From Paraspadella gotoi (lineage: Eukaryota > Animalia > Chaetognatha), in the NCBI GenBank assembly GCA_051294375.1, contig CM119263.1, forward strand, positions 15,478,532 through 15,542,531: 64,000 nucleotides of DNA, written 5' to 3'. Made by a program: the position numbers and the translations under genes. Of this stretch, positions 12,973 to 27,879 are shown piece after piece. Each line of letters begins with the position of its first letter. Position 1 is the first letter of the stretch. The notes below the pieces were generated by a model, which ran no database searches, was not told the origin of the DNA, and saw only the letters and a list, made by a program, of their open reading frames with translations.

Positions 12973-15314
12973 TCGCAAGAAACTCGAGAAAATTATTAAA
13001 ATTTTCCCAATGTTGAGAAAAACGCTTTCGATTGAAAAAAAAATACTTGTGGATTTTAGAAAAAACGGAAATATTTTTTGGCTTCGTTTTTCTTTTCGCA
13101 ATTGTAAAAGCACCGGGATAATTTTATTCTTGGAAAGCCGATAACTATTTATTTTTTTTAACGCTGAAATTTTTATTTTTTATGAGTTTTAACTATTGTG
13201 ATATAATCCTTTCGTTGCTAATCCAATGTCTATATCTGTAAGATGAACCAAATTTTTCAAACATTTCATTTTTTTTCATAAAATATATCTTATAACTGGA
13301 AGGTCCTATTTAAATGCCAAAAAATTGTTTTTTTGAAATTCCACGATGCCATTGATGAGTACATAACTAAAAAAGTAAGCAAGCTGATCTCATGGGAGTT
13401 GGAAAAGCGATTTTTTTAACAGGGTGCAAAATCGGAAGTTGCTCTAATAAATAATTTAGCCACAGAAACTAATCATTTAATTTGATTCCCATTTGAAATC
13501 CGTGTAAATATATATAATTGTACATATTTTGGTCGAAAAAAAAAGATGGTGTGGATTCGCCACAATGGAATAAAAAAGTAAATAAATTTTAAGCTTAAAA
13601 AATGATGGATTAAAAAATGAAATAAATGGTAAACTAAAGTAACACGCACCAAAAAAAAAAGAACCGGCAGTACTTATTTCTTCTTATATGTTAATTTATA
13701 ATTCTGAGATGTTTTTTTTGCTCGGTTTGATTCAGAATGGAAAAAAGGAAGAGAGAAAGAGAAACTTAAAATTTAGATTCGAAGTAAAGGTTAAGGCGGA
13801 AACGAGAAAGACCCCGACGTAAACCAAAACTAAAAACCTCTAGGATTGAAAAGACATGAACGATGAAGCCAACTGACAGTGACGCGCTCTTTCAATCGTA
13901 AACGGAGATGTCTGACTGAAGGGACCGGAGCAACCACACTCGCCCCTCTCCGCCCAGCCCCCCCCCTCGCGGGGCTAAACCGATGGAGCAAAGAGAAACC
14001 GGAGAGTCCGGGGTGGATTAAATTTCCAATCCTTAGAACCGAAATGAATTCGAATCCCTCGACGTTGGCCCGGCGGGACACGCCCCCTTTTCCATCCCGC
14101 GCGACGCCGCCGCGTCGAAGCTTCCGGTTTACCCTCGATTCCTCGAGATTCTCTCTCTCTCTCTCTTTCTCTCTCTCCCTCTCTCTCTGACTCTCTTTCC
14201 CTCATAGTTGTCCGCGCCAATTGAAAGAGAGTCAAAGGTAGGCGTGAGAGAGACGAACGCGCGTGCATTCAAAGACTCGAAAGTCCTACGCAATATTTGG
14301 CGTGAACTTCTTCCGTCTCCCGTTTGAAAAACAAAAATAAGCCAATCTTTTTCTTGCTTTTGGCTTTGTGTTCATTTTTAAGTTCTTTTCCATTTACTGC
14401 TTTTCCTTCCTTTGCGTCATTGGTTGTATTAACGTAAATTATGAGATAGTTGTATTCGTTGTATTCGTCGTCGTTTTCGTCGTCGTCGTCGTCTTTGTTC
14501 AAATCATTTGAGCTCCCAAACTCAACAGATTTCCAGAACGTGGATGTGACGTGATTTCAGAAAATGAGAATCTAAGCATTCATGAAGTAATTAATTTTTA
14601 TTTGGTTTAACTAATGCTACTATGTCATTTGTACACAATGGATGATTAACATCGAAAGCTTCTCCAAATTGCAAACTGTTAATGATTTCTCGGACGGAAA
14701 AAATTATCTCATCTGTAATCGCTGAGTGGAAAACTGAGGTTTTTTCCCGTTGTTATCGCGGATTGCATAACGAGTTATTTTATTCTCACTGAAACTCGAG
14801 TAAAACAAACACGACTCGTGAAGTTGCTTAGATCTTCGCAAAGAGAGAGAGAGAGAGAATCTAATTCGCGTGGAACGGATTTTCTTAGGATTAACCGGAC
14901 GAAAACAGATGGCAGTAATAAATCAATCACGTCGTTGACAGAGTTCTCAGGCCGATCAGTAGAAGTGNNNNNNNNNNNNNNNNNNNNNNNNNCCATCAGA
15001 GAGAGATTTATGCTTTTCTTCATTTTCTTTTTATTTCTATCTCATTCCTTCGAGGAATCGCATTCATTCTTTCTCCAGATTTTTTTTTTCCTTTAATCAC
15101 TGTTCTCATTTTTTGTTATTTATCCGAGTTCGGACTCAATGCGTTCTTTTTCGTACAAAAAACTTTCGCTGTGCGCTACACGCGTGGAGAAACAATTCAT
15201 GGGCGGCTCTCTCTCTCTCTCCTCTCCTCTCTCTCTCCTCTCGTCTCTCTCTGAATCCTCTCTCCTCTATCTCTCCTACTTCTTCTCAATCTCTACCCTG
15301 CTCCATCTCTCTCT

Positions 15315-17772
15315 CTCTCTCTCTTCTTGTATTGCAAGATTTCCTGCTCTTCTCCCGACTTTTTTGAAATATCGAAATGGAACAAACGAGAATAAATTTT
15401 GAATAAAACGCACGTGGAATATGAACTCGAAAAAGAAATATCGGAAAGTCTATAAAAAAAAACCAACATTTTTCGATTCCTTTTCGCGATTTCATTGCAC
15501 GCGAAGAAAGCGTTTTTTTTTTTAATGAAAATTAAACGGAAAAATTTGGAATTAAAACTTAACGACCCAGATCGCCAACTTTTGTAAGTTTTTTTCATAT
15601 ATAACTTATGTGAATTTCTTTAACTGACTCATTCGTTCACATGTCATTATGATAAAATGCTTTCATACTTAATGTCATATTTTTAATAACTTTTAGTGTA
15701 GTTCATATTTTTATTTAAACACAACTTTTAGCCGATCCACAGTATTTCGCCCGTTTCCCACAGTCCGCCACCCATCATATATTTCCGCAGAATGAGCGGC
15801 ATCCATCACCCGGAAGAGCCCATTCCTCTTATCTCCGTTTGTTTCCCCCGAAAGGTCTCAAAGAATTCATGGCATAATTTTCGTCACGAACATCCCGGAA
15901 GGAAGAACAAACAAAATTTTGGATTAATACGCGCGGCGAGTATCGTTTACCCGAGACGTGCTCCGTTATGACGCCCATCGCTCCGCTTTTCGTAGTCGTC
16001 GGTCGGTTCGTCGTCGTAACCGGCGTCGTCGTCATCGTCGCGCTAAATAAACCAACGCGATATGAAAAAAAAAATCGGGGAGCCTTCCCTTCGCGCGCAA
16101 TTACTTCTCCGCGTCAGTGTTTACTTCTCCATATTAAGAGTTTGTTTTACTTTTTTCCTCCCCCAGCAACTTGGTTTACTTTTTTTTAGATGCGGCTGTC
16201 TGAGGCAAACGTCTCTATTTGGCGAATTTTTACATTACAAAAAGTTACTTAATTACTTTAGAGATGATAGACATCGGTAGTGAGTTGATTTTTAAATTAG
16301 ATATTGGTTAATAAACTATAAAAAGTGTTAAATTTTTAAAAAACAAAAAACTCGAGGCATGCTGCAGATCAGATGTCTAAATTACGTTTTATTCATGATT
16401 CATTTGAATTTTTAGAATTGTAATTACTGGCAGTTAACAAAAATCAGATTTTTTTTCTCCACTGGTATTCACTATTCATTACTGATTAAAATCGAAAAAA
16501 AAACGTTTTCGCCTCTTTGCCCTTAAAACTGTGAGTTAATCTTCACGGATTAAAAGGCCCCAACCTTCACGGTTCAGTGGTCTTTTATCCGAACTCGTTT
16601 ACCGAGCGGTGAACTGATACCGGCATTTGTTTGTAGCCTCGGGTCTTCTGGCAAAACCGATAACACAACGACAACGACCACTTTAACGCTCGTCCCATCC
16701 TCCTAATCTCTTTTTTCCTTTTTCCTGATATTTCTCTTATTTCGCCCTTGTTGTTTTGTTTCTTTATTTTCGTCTATCGAGTTTTTTTTGAGTTTTATTC
16801 TTTTCTCTTTTATTTGTCTTTTTTTCTTCGATGCGTGGCTTATCATAATCTGTCTCCGTGCCGATCTCGTTAGGGCGAGATTCTCTCGCGATCTTTCTCC
16901 GTTTGTTTTTGTCACTTCCTTTTTCTCGTATCTCTACTCTAGCTTCTCTCTCTCTTTTTCTTTTTCTAACGCCGATTTGCCTCGCCCATTTTTTTTTTTT
17001 TCTCCTTCAGTTCCCCTTCATATCAAAAAATTACAAGTATCCGAGATCCCAGCATCAACGACCTCTGTCGACCTCTGCCAAGATTCCATCGTCGGTTCCA
17101 TCTCCTCTTCTCTTCTCCTCTCTTTACTCCCTCTCCTCGTTGTCTCGCTCTCACGAAAATGATTTCTAATAGTTTAAAGTAAAAAAGTACGCACGTAGAA
17201 AGACATAAGTATTCGACAAAATCAAGTTTCATATTTCTAACCTTGAGCTTTTAATCTTCAACCTTTAACCCCCGCCTCCCACGTTTTAACCGGCTGACCT
17301 TTAACCCAAATCTTTCAACATCCGAAGTCTTGGGTGAGTCTTTGGTGAGTCTTCGCAAATCTTTTTAGCGACAGTTTCTTTTTTCCTGCGGTATCGACTA
17401 TTCGCATCGGTTTCTCATGAAATTCGCATCTAGAACTTCTTTCTGATTTTTATTTATCCGTTTTTTTTTCCTTGCGGAAAGGGTTTTTAATTATATAACC
17501 TTGCTGAGTCACTTTGTCTTTTATGTTTAATTGAATGTATAAAATATTTTTTCTCCGTATTTTCTTTTAGTTTCGGTTTTATAAACCTGCGCCTCGTATC
17601 AGACGGTATTTCTCATCTTCTTAGGAATGACCTTCGAGTTCGTCTGACGACAATCCATTTTACAATATCCATTAAGTCTTAACGGGATGCCTCGGGAGAG
17701 AGGCGCTCTCCTTCCTCGGAAAAACTCGATGGGAATACTGAAATAGAGTAGGAGGTGTAAGAGAGAGAGAAG

Positions 17773-17857
<85 letters not shown>

Positions 17858-18456
17858 TATTTTAAGAAATTCTTCGCCTTAAAAAGTGAATGAGAGAAAA
17901 ACGTTGATTCGATTTTTTGTTGGGTTCAAATTTGTCAACACCACTCTTTCCGTTTTCAGCTGATCCTTACAGTAACAAAATGCTCCATAAATTATTGCTT
18001 AAACTGGATCCGCTTGCATTTTATTCGGAAACTAACACCGCTTTTTTTTTTTTCGCTTCGATATCGATTTCCTTCGCCATTTTATTTCTCCGTTAATTCC
18101 GAGGGCCTTTCCATATTCTCTCTCTCTCTCTTCTTCTCTCTCTCTCTCTTCTCTTCTCTCTCTCTCTCTCTCTGCTCTCTCTCTCTCTCCTCCTCTCTCC
18201 TCTCTCTCTCTCTCCTCTGCTCTCGTCTCCCTCGTCAGTCTCTTTCTTCCCTCTAAAAAAAAGCGGTTAGTTCCGATAAATGCAGCGAGTCCAGTTTTAA
18301 GCAATAATTTATGGAGCATTTTGTTACTGTAAGGATCAGCTGAAGACGGAAAGAGTGTTGACAAATTTGAACCCAACAAAAAATCGAATAACGTTTTCTC
18401 TCATCACTTTTTAAGGCAAGAATATTTCTTTAAAATAGAAGTCTCTCTTCTTCTCT

Positions 18457-18552
<96 letters not shown>

Positions 18553-21500
18553 TCTCTCTTACCCTCTACCTATTTCAGTATTCCCATCGAGTTTTCCGAG
18601 GAAGGAGAGCGCCTCTCTCCTCGAGGCATCCCGTTAAGACTTAATGGATATTGTAAAAATGGATTGTCGTCAGACGAACTCGAAGGTCATTCCTAAGAAG
18701 ATGAGAAATACCGTCTGATACGAGGCGAGGTATAAAAACGAAACTAAAAGAAATACGGAGAAAATATTTATACATTCAATTAAACATAAAGACAAAGTGA
18801 CTCAGCAAGGTTATATATTAAAAACCCTTTTCCGCAAAGGAAAAAAAAACGGATAATAAAATCAGAAAGAAGTTCTAGATGCGAATTTCATGAGAAACCG
18901 ATGCGAATAGTCGATACCGCAGGAAAAAAAGAAACTGTCGCTAAAAAGATTTGGCGAAGACTCACCAAAGACTCACCCAAGACTTCCGGATGTTGAAAGA
19001 TTTGGGTTAAAGGTCAGCGGTTAAACGTGGGAGGCGGGGGGTTAAAGGTTGAAGATTAAAAGCTCAAGGTTAGAAATATGAAACTTGATTTTGTCGAATA
19101 CTTATGTCTTTCTACGTGCGTACTTTCTTTACTTTAAATATTAGAAATCATTTTCGTGAGAGCGAGACAACGAGGAGAGGGAGTAAGAGAGGAGAAGAGA
19201 AGAGGAGATGGAACCGACGATGGAATCTTGGCAGAGGTCGACAGAGGTCGTTGATGCTGGGATCTGCGATACTTGTAATTTTTTTGATATGAAGGGGAAC
19301 TGAAGGAGAAAAAAAATGGGCGAGGCAAATCGGCTTAGAAAAAGAAAAAGAGAGAGAGAGAGCTAGAGCTAGAGATAGAGAGAAAAGAGTGACAAAAACA
19401 AACGGAGAAAGAGTCGCGAGAGATTCGCCCCTAACGAGATCGGCACGGACGACAGATTATGATAAGCCACGCATCGAAGAAAAAAGACAAATAAAAGAGA
19501 AAAGAATAAAACTCAAACAAAACTCGATAGACGAATAAAGAAACAAAACAAAAGGGCGAATAAAGAGAAATATCGGGGAAAAAAGGAAAAAAGAGATTAG
19601 GAGGAGGGACGAGCGTTAAAGTGGTCGTTGTCGTTGTTGTTATCGGTTTTGCCAGAAGACCCGAGGCTACAAACAAATGCGGTATCATTCACGCTCGGTA
19701 AACGAGTTCGGATAAAAACCACTGAACCGTGAAGGTTGGGGCCTTTTAATCCGTGAAGATTAACTCAAGTTTTAAGGCAAAGAGGCGAAACGTTTTTTTT
19801 CGATTTTAATCAGTAATGAATTAGTGAATTACCAGTGGAGAAAAAAATCTGATTTTTTGTTAACTGCCAGTAATTACAATTCTAATTCAAATGAATCAGG
19901 AATAAAACGTAATTTAGACATCTGATCTGGCAGCATCCTCGAGTTTTTTTGTTTTTTAAAAATTTAACACTTTTATAGTTTTATTAACCAATATCTAATT
20001 TAAAATCAACTCACTACCGATGTCTATCACTCTAACGTATATTAAGTACTTTTTGTAATGTAAAAATTCGCCAATAGAGACGTTGCCTCAGACAGCCGCA
20101 TCTAAAAAAAAGTAACCAAGTTGCGGGGGGAGAAAAAGTAAACAAACTCTTAATATGGAGAAGTAAACACTGACGCGGAGTAATGATGCGCGCGGAAGGG
20201 AGGCTCCCCGATTTTTTTTTCATATCGCGTTGGTTTATTTAGCGGCGACGATGACGACGACGCCGGTTACGACGACGACGACGACGACTACGAAAAGCGA
20301 GCGATGGGCGTCATACGGAGCACGTCTCGGGGTAAACGATACTCCCGCGCGTATAATCCAAAATTTTGTTTGTCTTCCTTCCGGGAGTTCGTGACGAAAA
20401 TTATGCCATGAATTCTTGAGACCTTTCGGGGGAAACAAACGGAGATAAGAGAATGGGCTCTTCCGGTGAGGATGCCGCTCATTCTGCGGAAATGATATGA
20501 TGGGTGGCGGACTGTGGGAAACGGGCGAAATACTGTGGATCGGCTAAAGTTGTGTTTAAATAAAAATATGAACTACACTAAAAGTTATTAAAAATATGAC
20601 ATTAAGTATGAAAGCATTTTATCATAATGACATGTGAACGAATGAGTCAGTTAAAAGAAATTCACATAAGTTATATATGAAAAAAACTTACAAAAGTTGC
20701 GATCTGGGTCGTTAAGTTTTAATTCCAAATTATTTCCGTTTAATTTTCATTAAAAAAAAAACGCTTTTCGCGTGAAATGAAATCGCGAAAGGAATCGAAA
20801 AATGTTGGTTTTTTTTTATAGACTTTCCGATATTTCTTTTTCGAGTTCATATTCCACGTGCGTTTTATTCAAAATTTATTCTCGTTTGTTCCATTCGATA
20901 TTTTCCAAGAAAAGGCGGAAGAAGAGAGAAATCTTGCAATACAAGAAGAGAGAGAGAGATTCTCTCTTCTTCCGACCTTTCTCGCTTTGGAAAATATCGA
21001 ATGGAACAAACGAGAATAAATTTTGAATAAAACGCACGTGGAATATGAACTCGAAAAAGAAATATCGGAAGTCTATAAAAAAAAACCAACATTTTTCGCA
21101 TTCCTTTCGCGATTTCATTTCACGCGAAAGCGTTTTTTTTTTAATGAAAAATTAAACGGAAATAATTTGGAATTAAAACTTAACGACCAGATCCAACTTT
21201 TGTAAGTTTTTTTTTCATATTATACTTATTGAATTTCTTTTAACTGACTCATTCGTTCACATGTCATTATGATAAAATGCTTTCATACTTAATGTCATAT
21301 TTTTTAATAACTTTTAGTGTAGTTCATATTTTTATTTAAACACAACTTGACCGATCCACAGTTTTCGCCCGTTTCCTACAGTCCGCCACCCATCATATTT
21401 TTCCGCAGAATGAGCGGCATCATCACGCGGAGAACCCATTCTCTTTATCTCCGTTGTTTCCCCGAAAGGTCTCAAGAATTCATGGCATAATTTCGTCACG

Positions 21501-23360
21501 AACTCCCGGAAGGAAGACCAACACGAAATTTTGTGATTATACGCGGCCCCGGGCAGTATCGTTACCCCGAGACGTGCTCCGACTGACGCCCATCGCCGCC
21601 TTTTCGTAGTCGTCGTGCGTCGTTCGTCGTCGCTAACCGGCGTCGTCGTCCATCGTCGCCGCTAAATAAACCAACGCGATATGAAAAAAAAAATCGGGGG
21701 AGCCTCCCTTCCGCGCGCATCATTACTCCGCGTCCGTGTTTACTTCTCCATATTAAGAGTTTGTTTACTTTTTCCTCCCCCGCAACTTGGTTACTTTTTT
21801 TTAGATGCGGCTGTCTGAGGCAACGTCTCTATTGGCGAATTTTACATTACAAAAAGTTACTTAATATACGTTAGAGGATGACGTTACGACATGTAGTGAG
21901 TTGATTTTTAAATTAGATATTGGTTAATAAAACTATAAAAGTGTTAAATTAAAAAAAAAAAAACAACCGAGGATGCTGCCAGAATCAGATGTCTAAATTA
22001 CGTTTTATTCCTGATTTCATTTGAATTAGAATTGTAATTACTGGCAGTTAAAAAAAAACAGATTTTTTTCTCCACTGGTATTCACTAATTCATATACTGA
22101 TTAAATCGAAAAAAAACGTTTCGCCTCTTTGCCTTAAAACTTGAGTTAATCTTCATGGATTAAAAGGCCCCAACCTTCACGGTTCAGGGTTTTTATCCGA
22201 ACTCGCTTTACCGAGCGTGAATGATACCGCATTTGTTTTAGCCTCGGGTCTTCTGGCAAAACCGATACACAACGACAACGACCACTTTAACGCTCGTCCT
22301 CCTCGCTAATCTCTTTTTCCTTTTTCCCGATATTTCTCTTTATTCGCCCTTTTGTTTTGTTTCTTTATTTCGTTCTATCGAGTTTTGTTTGAGTTTTATT
22401 CTTTCTCTTTTATTTTCTTTTTTTCTTCGATGCGTGGCTTATCATAATCTTCGTCCGTGCCGATCTCGTTAGGGGCGAATTCTCTCGCGACTCTTTCTCC
22501 GTTTGTTTTGTCACTCTTTTCTCTCGTATCTCTATCTCTTGCTCTCTCTCCTTTTTCTTTTCTAAGCCGATTTGCCTCGCCCTTTTTTTTCTCCTTCAGT
22601 TCCCCTTCATATCAAAAAATTACAAGTATTCGCAGATCCCAGCATCAACGAACCTCTGTCGACCTCTGCCAAGATTCCATCGTCGGTTCCATCTCCTCTT
22701 CTCCTTCTCCTCTCTTACTCTTCTCTCTCTCTCTGTCCTCGCTCTCACGAAATGATTTCTAATATTTAAAGTAAAAAAAGTAACGCACGTAGAAAGACAT
22801 AAGTATTCCGACAAAATCAAGTTTCATATTTCTAACCTTGAGCTTTTAATCTTCAACCTTTAACCCCCGCCTCCCACGTTTAACGCGCTGACCTTTAACC
22901 AAATCTTTCAACATCCGGAAGTCTTGGGTGAGTCTTTTGGTGAGTCTTCGCCAAATCTTTTTCAGCGACAGTTTCTTTTTTTCCTGCGGTATCGACTATA
23001 TTCGCATCGGTTTCTCATGAAATTCGCATCTAGAACTTCTTTCTGATTTTATTATCCGTTTTTTTTTCCTTGCGAAAAAGGGTTTTTAATATATTAACCT
23101 TGCTGAGTCACTTTGTTTTATGTTTAATTGAATGTATAATATTTGTTCTCCGTCATTCTTTGTTTCGTTTTGATAAACCTCGCCTCGTATCAGCGTATTC
23201 TCTCATCTTCTTAGGAATGACCTTCGAGTTCGTCTGACGACAATCCATTTTACAATATCCATTAAGTCTTAACGGGATGCCTCGGAGGGAGAGAGGCGCC
23301 TCTCCTTCCTCGGAAAACTCGATGGAATACTGAAATAGGCTAGAGGGTAGAGAAGAGAGC

Positions 23361-23429
<69 letters not shown>

Positions 23430-23450
23430 TAGAGAGAAGAGAGAGAGAGA
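15315..23450. repeat. ~2.7-kb segment present three times: forward ~15315-18050, inverted ~18255-20960, forward ~20962-23450
   Basis: Long near-identical matches that differ mostly by single-base indels. Confidence 0.9.
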
Positions 23451-23701
23451 GAGTATGACTCTCGGTTCGGTCCGATCAGAGATTCGTGAGGAAGTGGGAG
23501 GACATGAAAAAGACATGGAAGAAAGCGAAGAAGAAGGAGGAAAAAGAACAGGGCAAGGTCGATACGAGAAGGGAACAATAGTGAATAGAAAGTCGAGGCG
23601 GCAGGGATGAGAGAAAATGACATGGGTGGTCGAACGGAGAAATGAGNNNNNNNNNNNNNNNNNNNNNNNNNGAGAGAGAGAGAGAGATGAGAGATAGAGA
23701 G

Positions 23702-23749
<48 letters not shown>

Positions 23750-23753
<4 letters not shown>

Positions 23754-23958
23754 CGCCGATGAATTGTTTCTCACGCGTGACGAGCGGAAAGTTTTTGTGT
23801 AACGAAAAAGACGCATTGAGTCGAACTGGATAAAATACAAAAAATGAGAAAGGATAAAGGAAAAAAAAATCTGGGAGAAAGAAGGTATCGGATTCTCGAA
23901 GGAATGAGAAGAAATAAAAAAGAAAATGAAGAAAAGCATAAATCTCTCTCTGATGGAT
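23750..23958 (-). repeat. Inverted copy of ~14993-15205
   Basis: CCATCAGAGAGAGATTTATGCTTTTCTTCATTTTC... appears reverse-complemented next to a 25-N gap. Confidence 0.85.
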
Positions 23959-24626
23959 TAGAAGGAGAGAGGAAAGAAGGAAAGGGAGGAAGACGGCGAG
24001 GGGAGGAAAGGAAAGAAACGTCACTGGGGAATCACGGGCGGACTAAGGAACGGGGAAGAGCGAAAAAAAGGAAAGATGGGAAGATAGAAAAATGATTGGA
24101 GAGAAAGATGGGGTTATTAGGAAAGTGGGGGGGAAAAATAACGCTGAATGTACGAGAACTAATGAAGACATGGAAAAAAGAAATGTAGAACGGAGGTTGA
24201 ATCAATATTAATCTAGAATTAAAACGTGCGTTGAGATTTTATTAACGAATTTTCCGATTTTTTTTTTACAAAACCATAAATAAGTTAACACGGATGAAAA
24301 AAATATAAAATATATAAAAATAACTATGAACCCGAATGTGGGGGAAAAAAGTCAGGAAATCAAAAGTGAGAAGAGACCGAAGGGGATAAAAGACACATAA
24401 CGATTAACGTATCAGGTGTTCGGAAAAAAATTTCAAAGAATCTTAATGCGCAAATTTCTTTGGTTTTTATTTGAACGACGTCTTAGAAACGGTGAGGTAC
24501 GTGGATGTAGAACGAGTCAAAATTGGGTTGAGGATATTTTCGTCAGTTTAAAAAAAAACACTGAAAGTTTTTTTTTGAGGGTTTGTGTCGAGAAGTCAAG
24601 CTGTCCAGTTTTGGAAACGACTGTCT

Positions 24627-24777
24627 NNNNNNNNNNNNNNNNNNNNNNNNNNNNNNNNNNNNNNNNNNNNNNNNNNNNNNNNNNNNNNNNNNNNNNNNNN
24701 NNNNNNNNNNNNNNNNNNNNNNNNNNNNNNNNNNNNNNNNNNNNNNNNNNNNNNNNNNNNNNNNNNNNNNNNNNNNN
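24627..24777. other. Assembly gap (151 N); further 25-N gaps at 14968-14992, 23647-23671, 26291-26315
   Basis: N runs. Confidence 1.
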
Positions 24778-25269
24778 TCTCACTCGATTCCCTCCCACTC
24801 TCCTTCCTTTCTTCTCTCTCTCCTAAAAAGAAAGACACACTCCAAGCGCACAGATTTAGATAAAGTGATGGAGAAAGACGCAAGAGCATGGACAAATTTC
24901 GAAGCCTGCTGTGTGGACAAGCTGCTCTGAATAACGAATTCATTCAAACCACACCACACAAGAAGGACAAAGCGGGGAAAAGAAAAGAGACATACCTAAG
25001 GACAGGGACAAAGCATGGAAGAGCAGGGGGGAGGGGGCGAACCCGAGTCTGTGGAAGAATAAATTGGAGAAGGGAAGGACGGATTCGGGGGAAGAAGGAC
25101 GAACTCCAAATATGGGAAGAACTCGAGGCCGAATTTCCAAATTTTACATTCTCGTCGCGCGTAAACAGCTTTTTTCTTTCTTTTTCTTTCTTTTTCTTTC
25201 TTTTCTTTTTCCTTTATCTCTTTTTTTCTTTCTTTCTTTCTTTCTTTTCTTTTTCCTTCCATCTCTTTT

Positions 25270-25303
25270 TTTCTTTCTTTCTTTCTTTCTTTCTTTCTTT
25301 CCT

Positions 25304-25391
<88 letters not shown>
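25270..25391. repeat. (TTTC)n microsatellite
   Basis: Read directly. Confidence 0.95.
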
Positions 25392-25515
25392 TTTTTAAGA
25401 ATGAAAATGAAAAAAATAAAGAAATTTGTAAGAAAAACCATGAAATAAAAAAAAAAAATAGCTTCGAGAAAACGCGAAATGTCGATATCGAAAGTCGAAA
25501 TCCTTAAATTTCTCA

Positions 25516-25840
25516 GTGAAGAAAGAAAGAGGGCGAGGGGCCGTGGGCTTGTTAACGAACTAGTCGATAGGTCACGCTCGACCCCATAGCACACAGGAAT
25601 ACAGCTGTCATTGCCTCGTACCCCCGCGAGTACCGACCGACAGACTGACTGACTGACTGACTGACTGACTGTCGAATATCGGAGCTAGTAGGAAGAATTC
25701 GACTCGAGAGTGAAGAAAGGAAAAGAGGGCGAGGGGCGTGCTTGCTACGAACTAGTCGGATTAGGTCACGTCGAAGACCCCAATAAGGATAAGGGCAAGA
25801 CAGAAGGAATGAGACAGCATGTCATTGGCCCTCGTGAACG
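25516..25840. repeat. Noisy direct duplication (~110-130 bp unit) around a (GACT)n tract
   Basis: AGTGAAGAAAG..GAGGGCGAGGGG..CGAACTAGTCG..TGTCATTG at ~25516 and ~25709; the second copy is full of insertions. Confidence 0.7.
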
Positions 25841-26205
25841 GAGAGAGCACGCACGGGGACCGGCCGGCCTCCTAATATGAAAGTAAAGCCCATCTGCGAC
25901 CGAGGTCAGACTTGAGTCTTGAGCTAGTGAACGTGACCCAGGGTGACTGAACTGAAAAGGAAGAGATAATGAGTTAAAATCGTCACCTTCGTCTTACAGA
26001 CGCAATTGACGTGATTAGTGACCAATGATCCTTCCAGGTCCAGGGTGCTTCTTTCCATGGGCTCTGCTAGTCAGACTGTGCCGATTCATCAAGAACACTC
26101 TCCCGGGTCATCCAATTTGGCGTAGGTCCTCTGTCCGGCGTCCATATGTAGGATGGCGCGACTGGGTTCTCTCTCTCTCTCTCTCTTCTCTCTCTCTTCG
26201 TTCCT

Positions 26206-26236
<31 letters not shown>

Positions 26237-27340
26237 ACTCTCTCTCTCTCTCTCACCTTTCGTTATCTCCCTCTACTTCTCCTCCGCGCTNNNNNNNNNN
26301 NNNNNNNNNNNNNNNCCCACCTCTCTCATTCTCACCGAGTCTTCTCTTCCCGTTTAATTCAAAATCAACGTCGAGAGGGCACCGGCGCACGGATGAGCGG
26401 GCAGAGTTGAGAGGCGGGCCGGGCAGGGTTACCCGTTTGAGCGGTGAGATCGGACAAGGACGACCTAAGGGTCATAAACGCCCCCGCCCATATAACCGCT
26501 CGAGCGTCGCCGCCCTGCCTTCGGTTCTAGCATGTCAGTTGAAAGACGAACAAAAGGCAAAGATTCGATTTTGCGAAGAAAGAAAATGTTCATTTTAAAA
26601 TCGATCGAAGGATAGGTTATATTAGAGCAGATTAAGCATTATGATCGAAAGATTTTACGTAAATTGGTTCATGGCGGTCATTGGCGATTACGCTTATTCT
26701 GTATATGGGTCCTTTAATCATGTTTAGAAAAGTAAATTTAAACAATAGCTATGTAGATAAACTTTGCCCCATTACGTACGACCTTGGATATGGAAGAAAA
26801 ATCCACAATTGAAAAAAGATTTAAAAGTTTCACTTCACTTCACTTCACCTCTGTTTCACTAGGAGCCTCTCTTTCGGCGATGGATTCTTGAAAGTTCCAA
26901 TTCGCCTTTGCTGGCTTCTCCGATCAATTTCATCTTTTATCCTGCGCCCGTTTCGTTCTCCTCAGCCTACTGTCTCGCAAGTTGCCCGCTTCCTTTTCCC
27001 CAGCTGCCCGATCATACTTCCACTGTCCGCTTCCCACGCCGCTGCACGTTTTCCCCTTTCCCGCTCATTTCGCCAATACATAAGCTGTCTCCCCACAATC
27101 TTTTTTTTTCGAAATAATAAAACACCGTGAGAGGAAAAAAAACCCTTTTGCCTCCTCTTTTCCCGCGAATATAAATTCATCTCACGGACGAATGGCGGAA
27201 ATCAGAAACTGCGATCCGGAATAAGGAAAATTAGAATATGCAAATGAGAATGAGGCGCCGCTCTGGGGGTGAGTGAAGGGAGGTAAGGGACTTGGAAAAA
27301 ACGTTTTTTTCCGTCTTCGATAATTGAAAAATCGCGCGCG

Positions 27341-27398
<58 letters not shown>

Positions 27399-27879
27399 CT
27401 CTCTCTCTCTCCTCCCCCTTTCTCTCCTTCTGCGAGCTTTTTTATCTCGATGTTCTACGGAACCTTTTAATTGTGGGTGTTTGAGGTTTTTTCCCCTTCG
27501 CGATAAAAAAAAGTTACGTCACCCTTTCATTTTTTTCAAATGGGTGTTCATTTTGAAGTGGCAGTTTCTCACTCTACACCTCTCCCTCTGAATTACATTT
27601 TTTTCTCCGTCAGTAGTTTCTTCCCTACATTCTCAATTGTCTTTAATGGCAACAGATCGAACTCTGCAATTTTCCCCGTGACGAATATCATCCAACGCCG
27701 AAAAGGAAGAAATAAAATCTAAAATAAAAAAAATATGTTTGGGATCCGAAGAGAGAACAAAAGATAGAAGCGCGGATGAAGGGATTAAGGGGAGGGGAGC
27801 CGATGCGCGAATCTCCCTCGAATTCGTCGACCGAATCGAGTTTTCCGGCGCCGACGCCTTTTCTTGAGATATGGCATCT

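Noticed and set aside
25700-26290. Novel sequence or ORF next to a 25-N gap
   Set aside because: Looks like low-quality single-read sequence (insertion-ridden duplicate).
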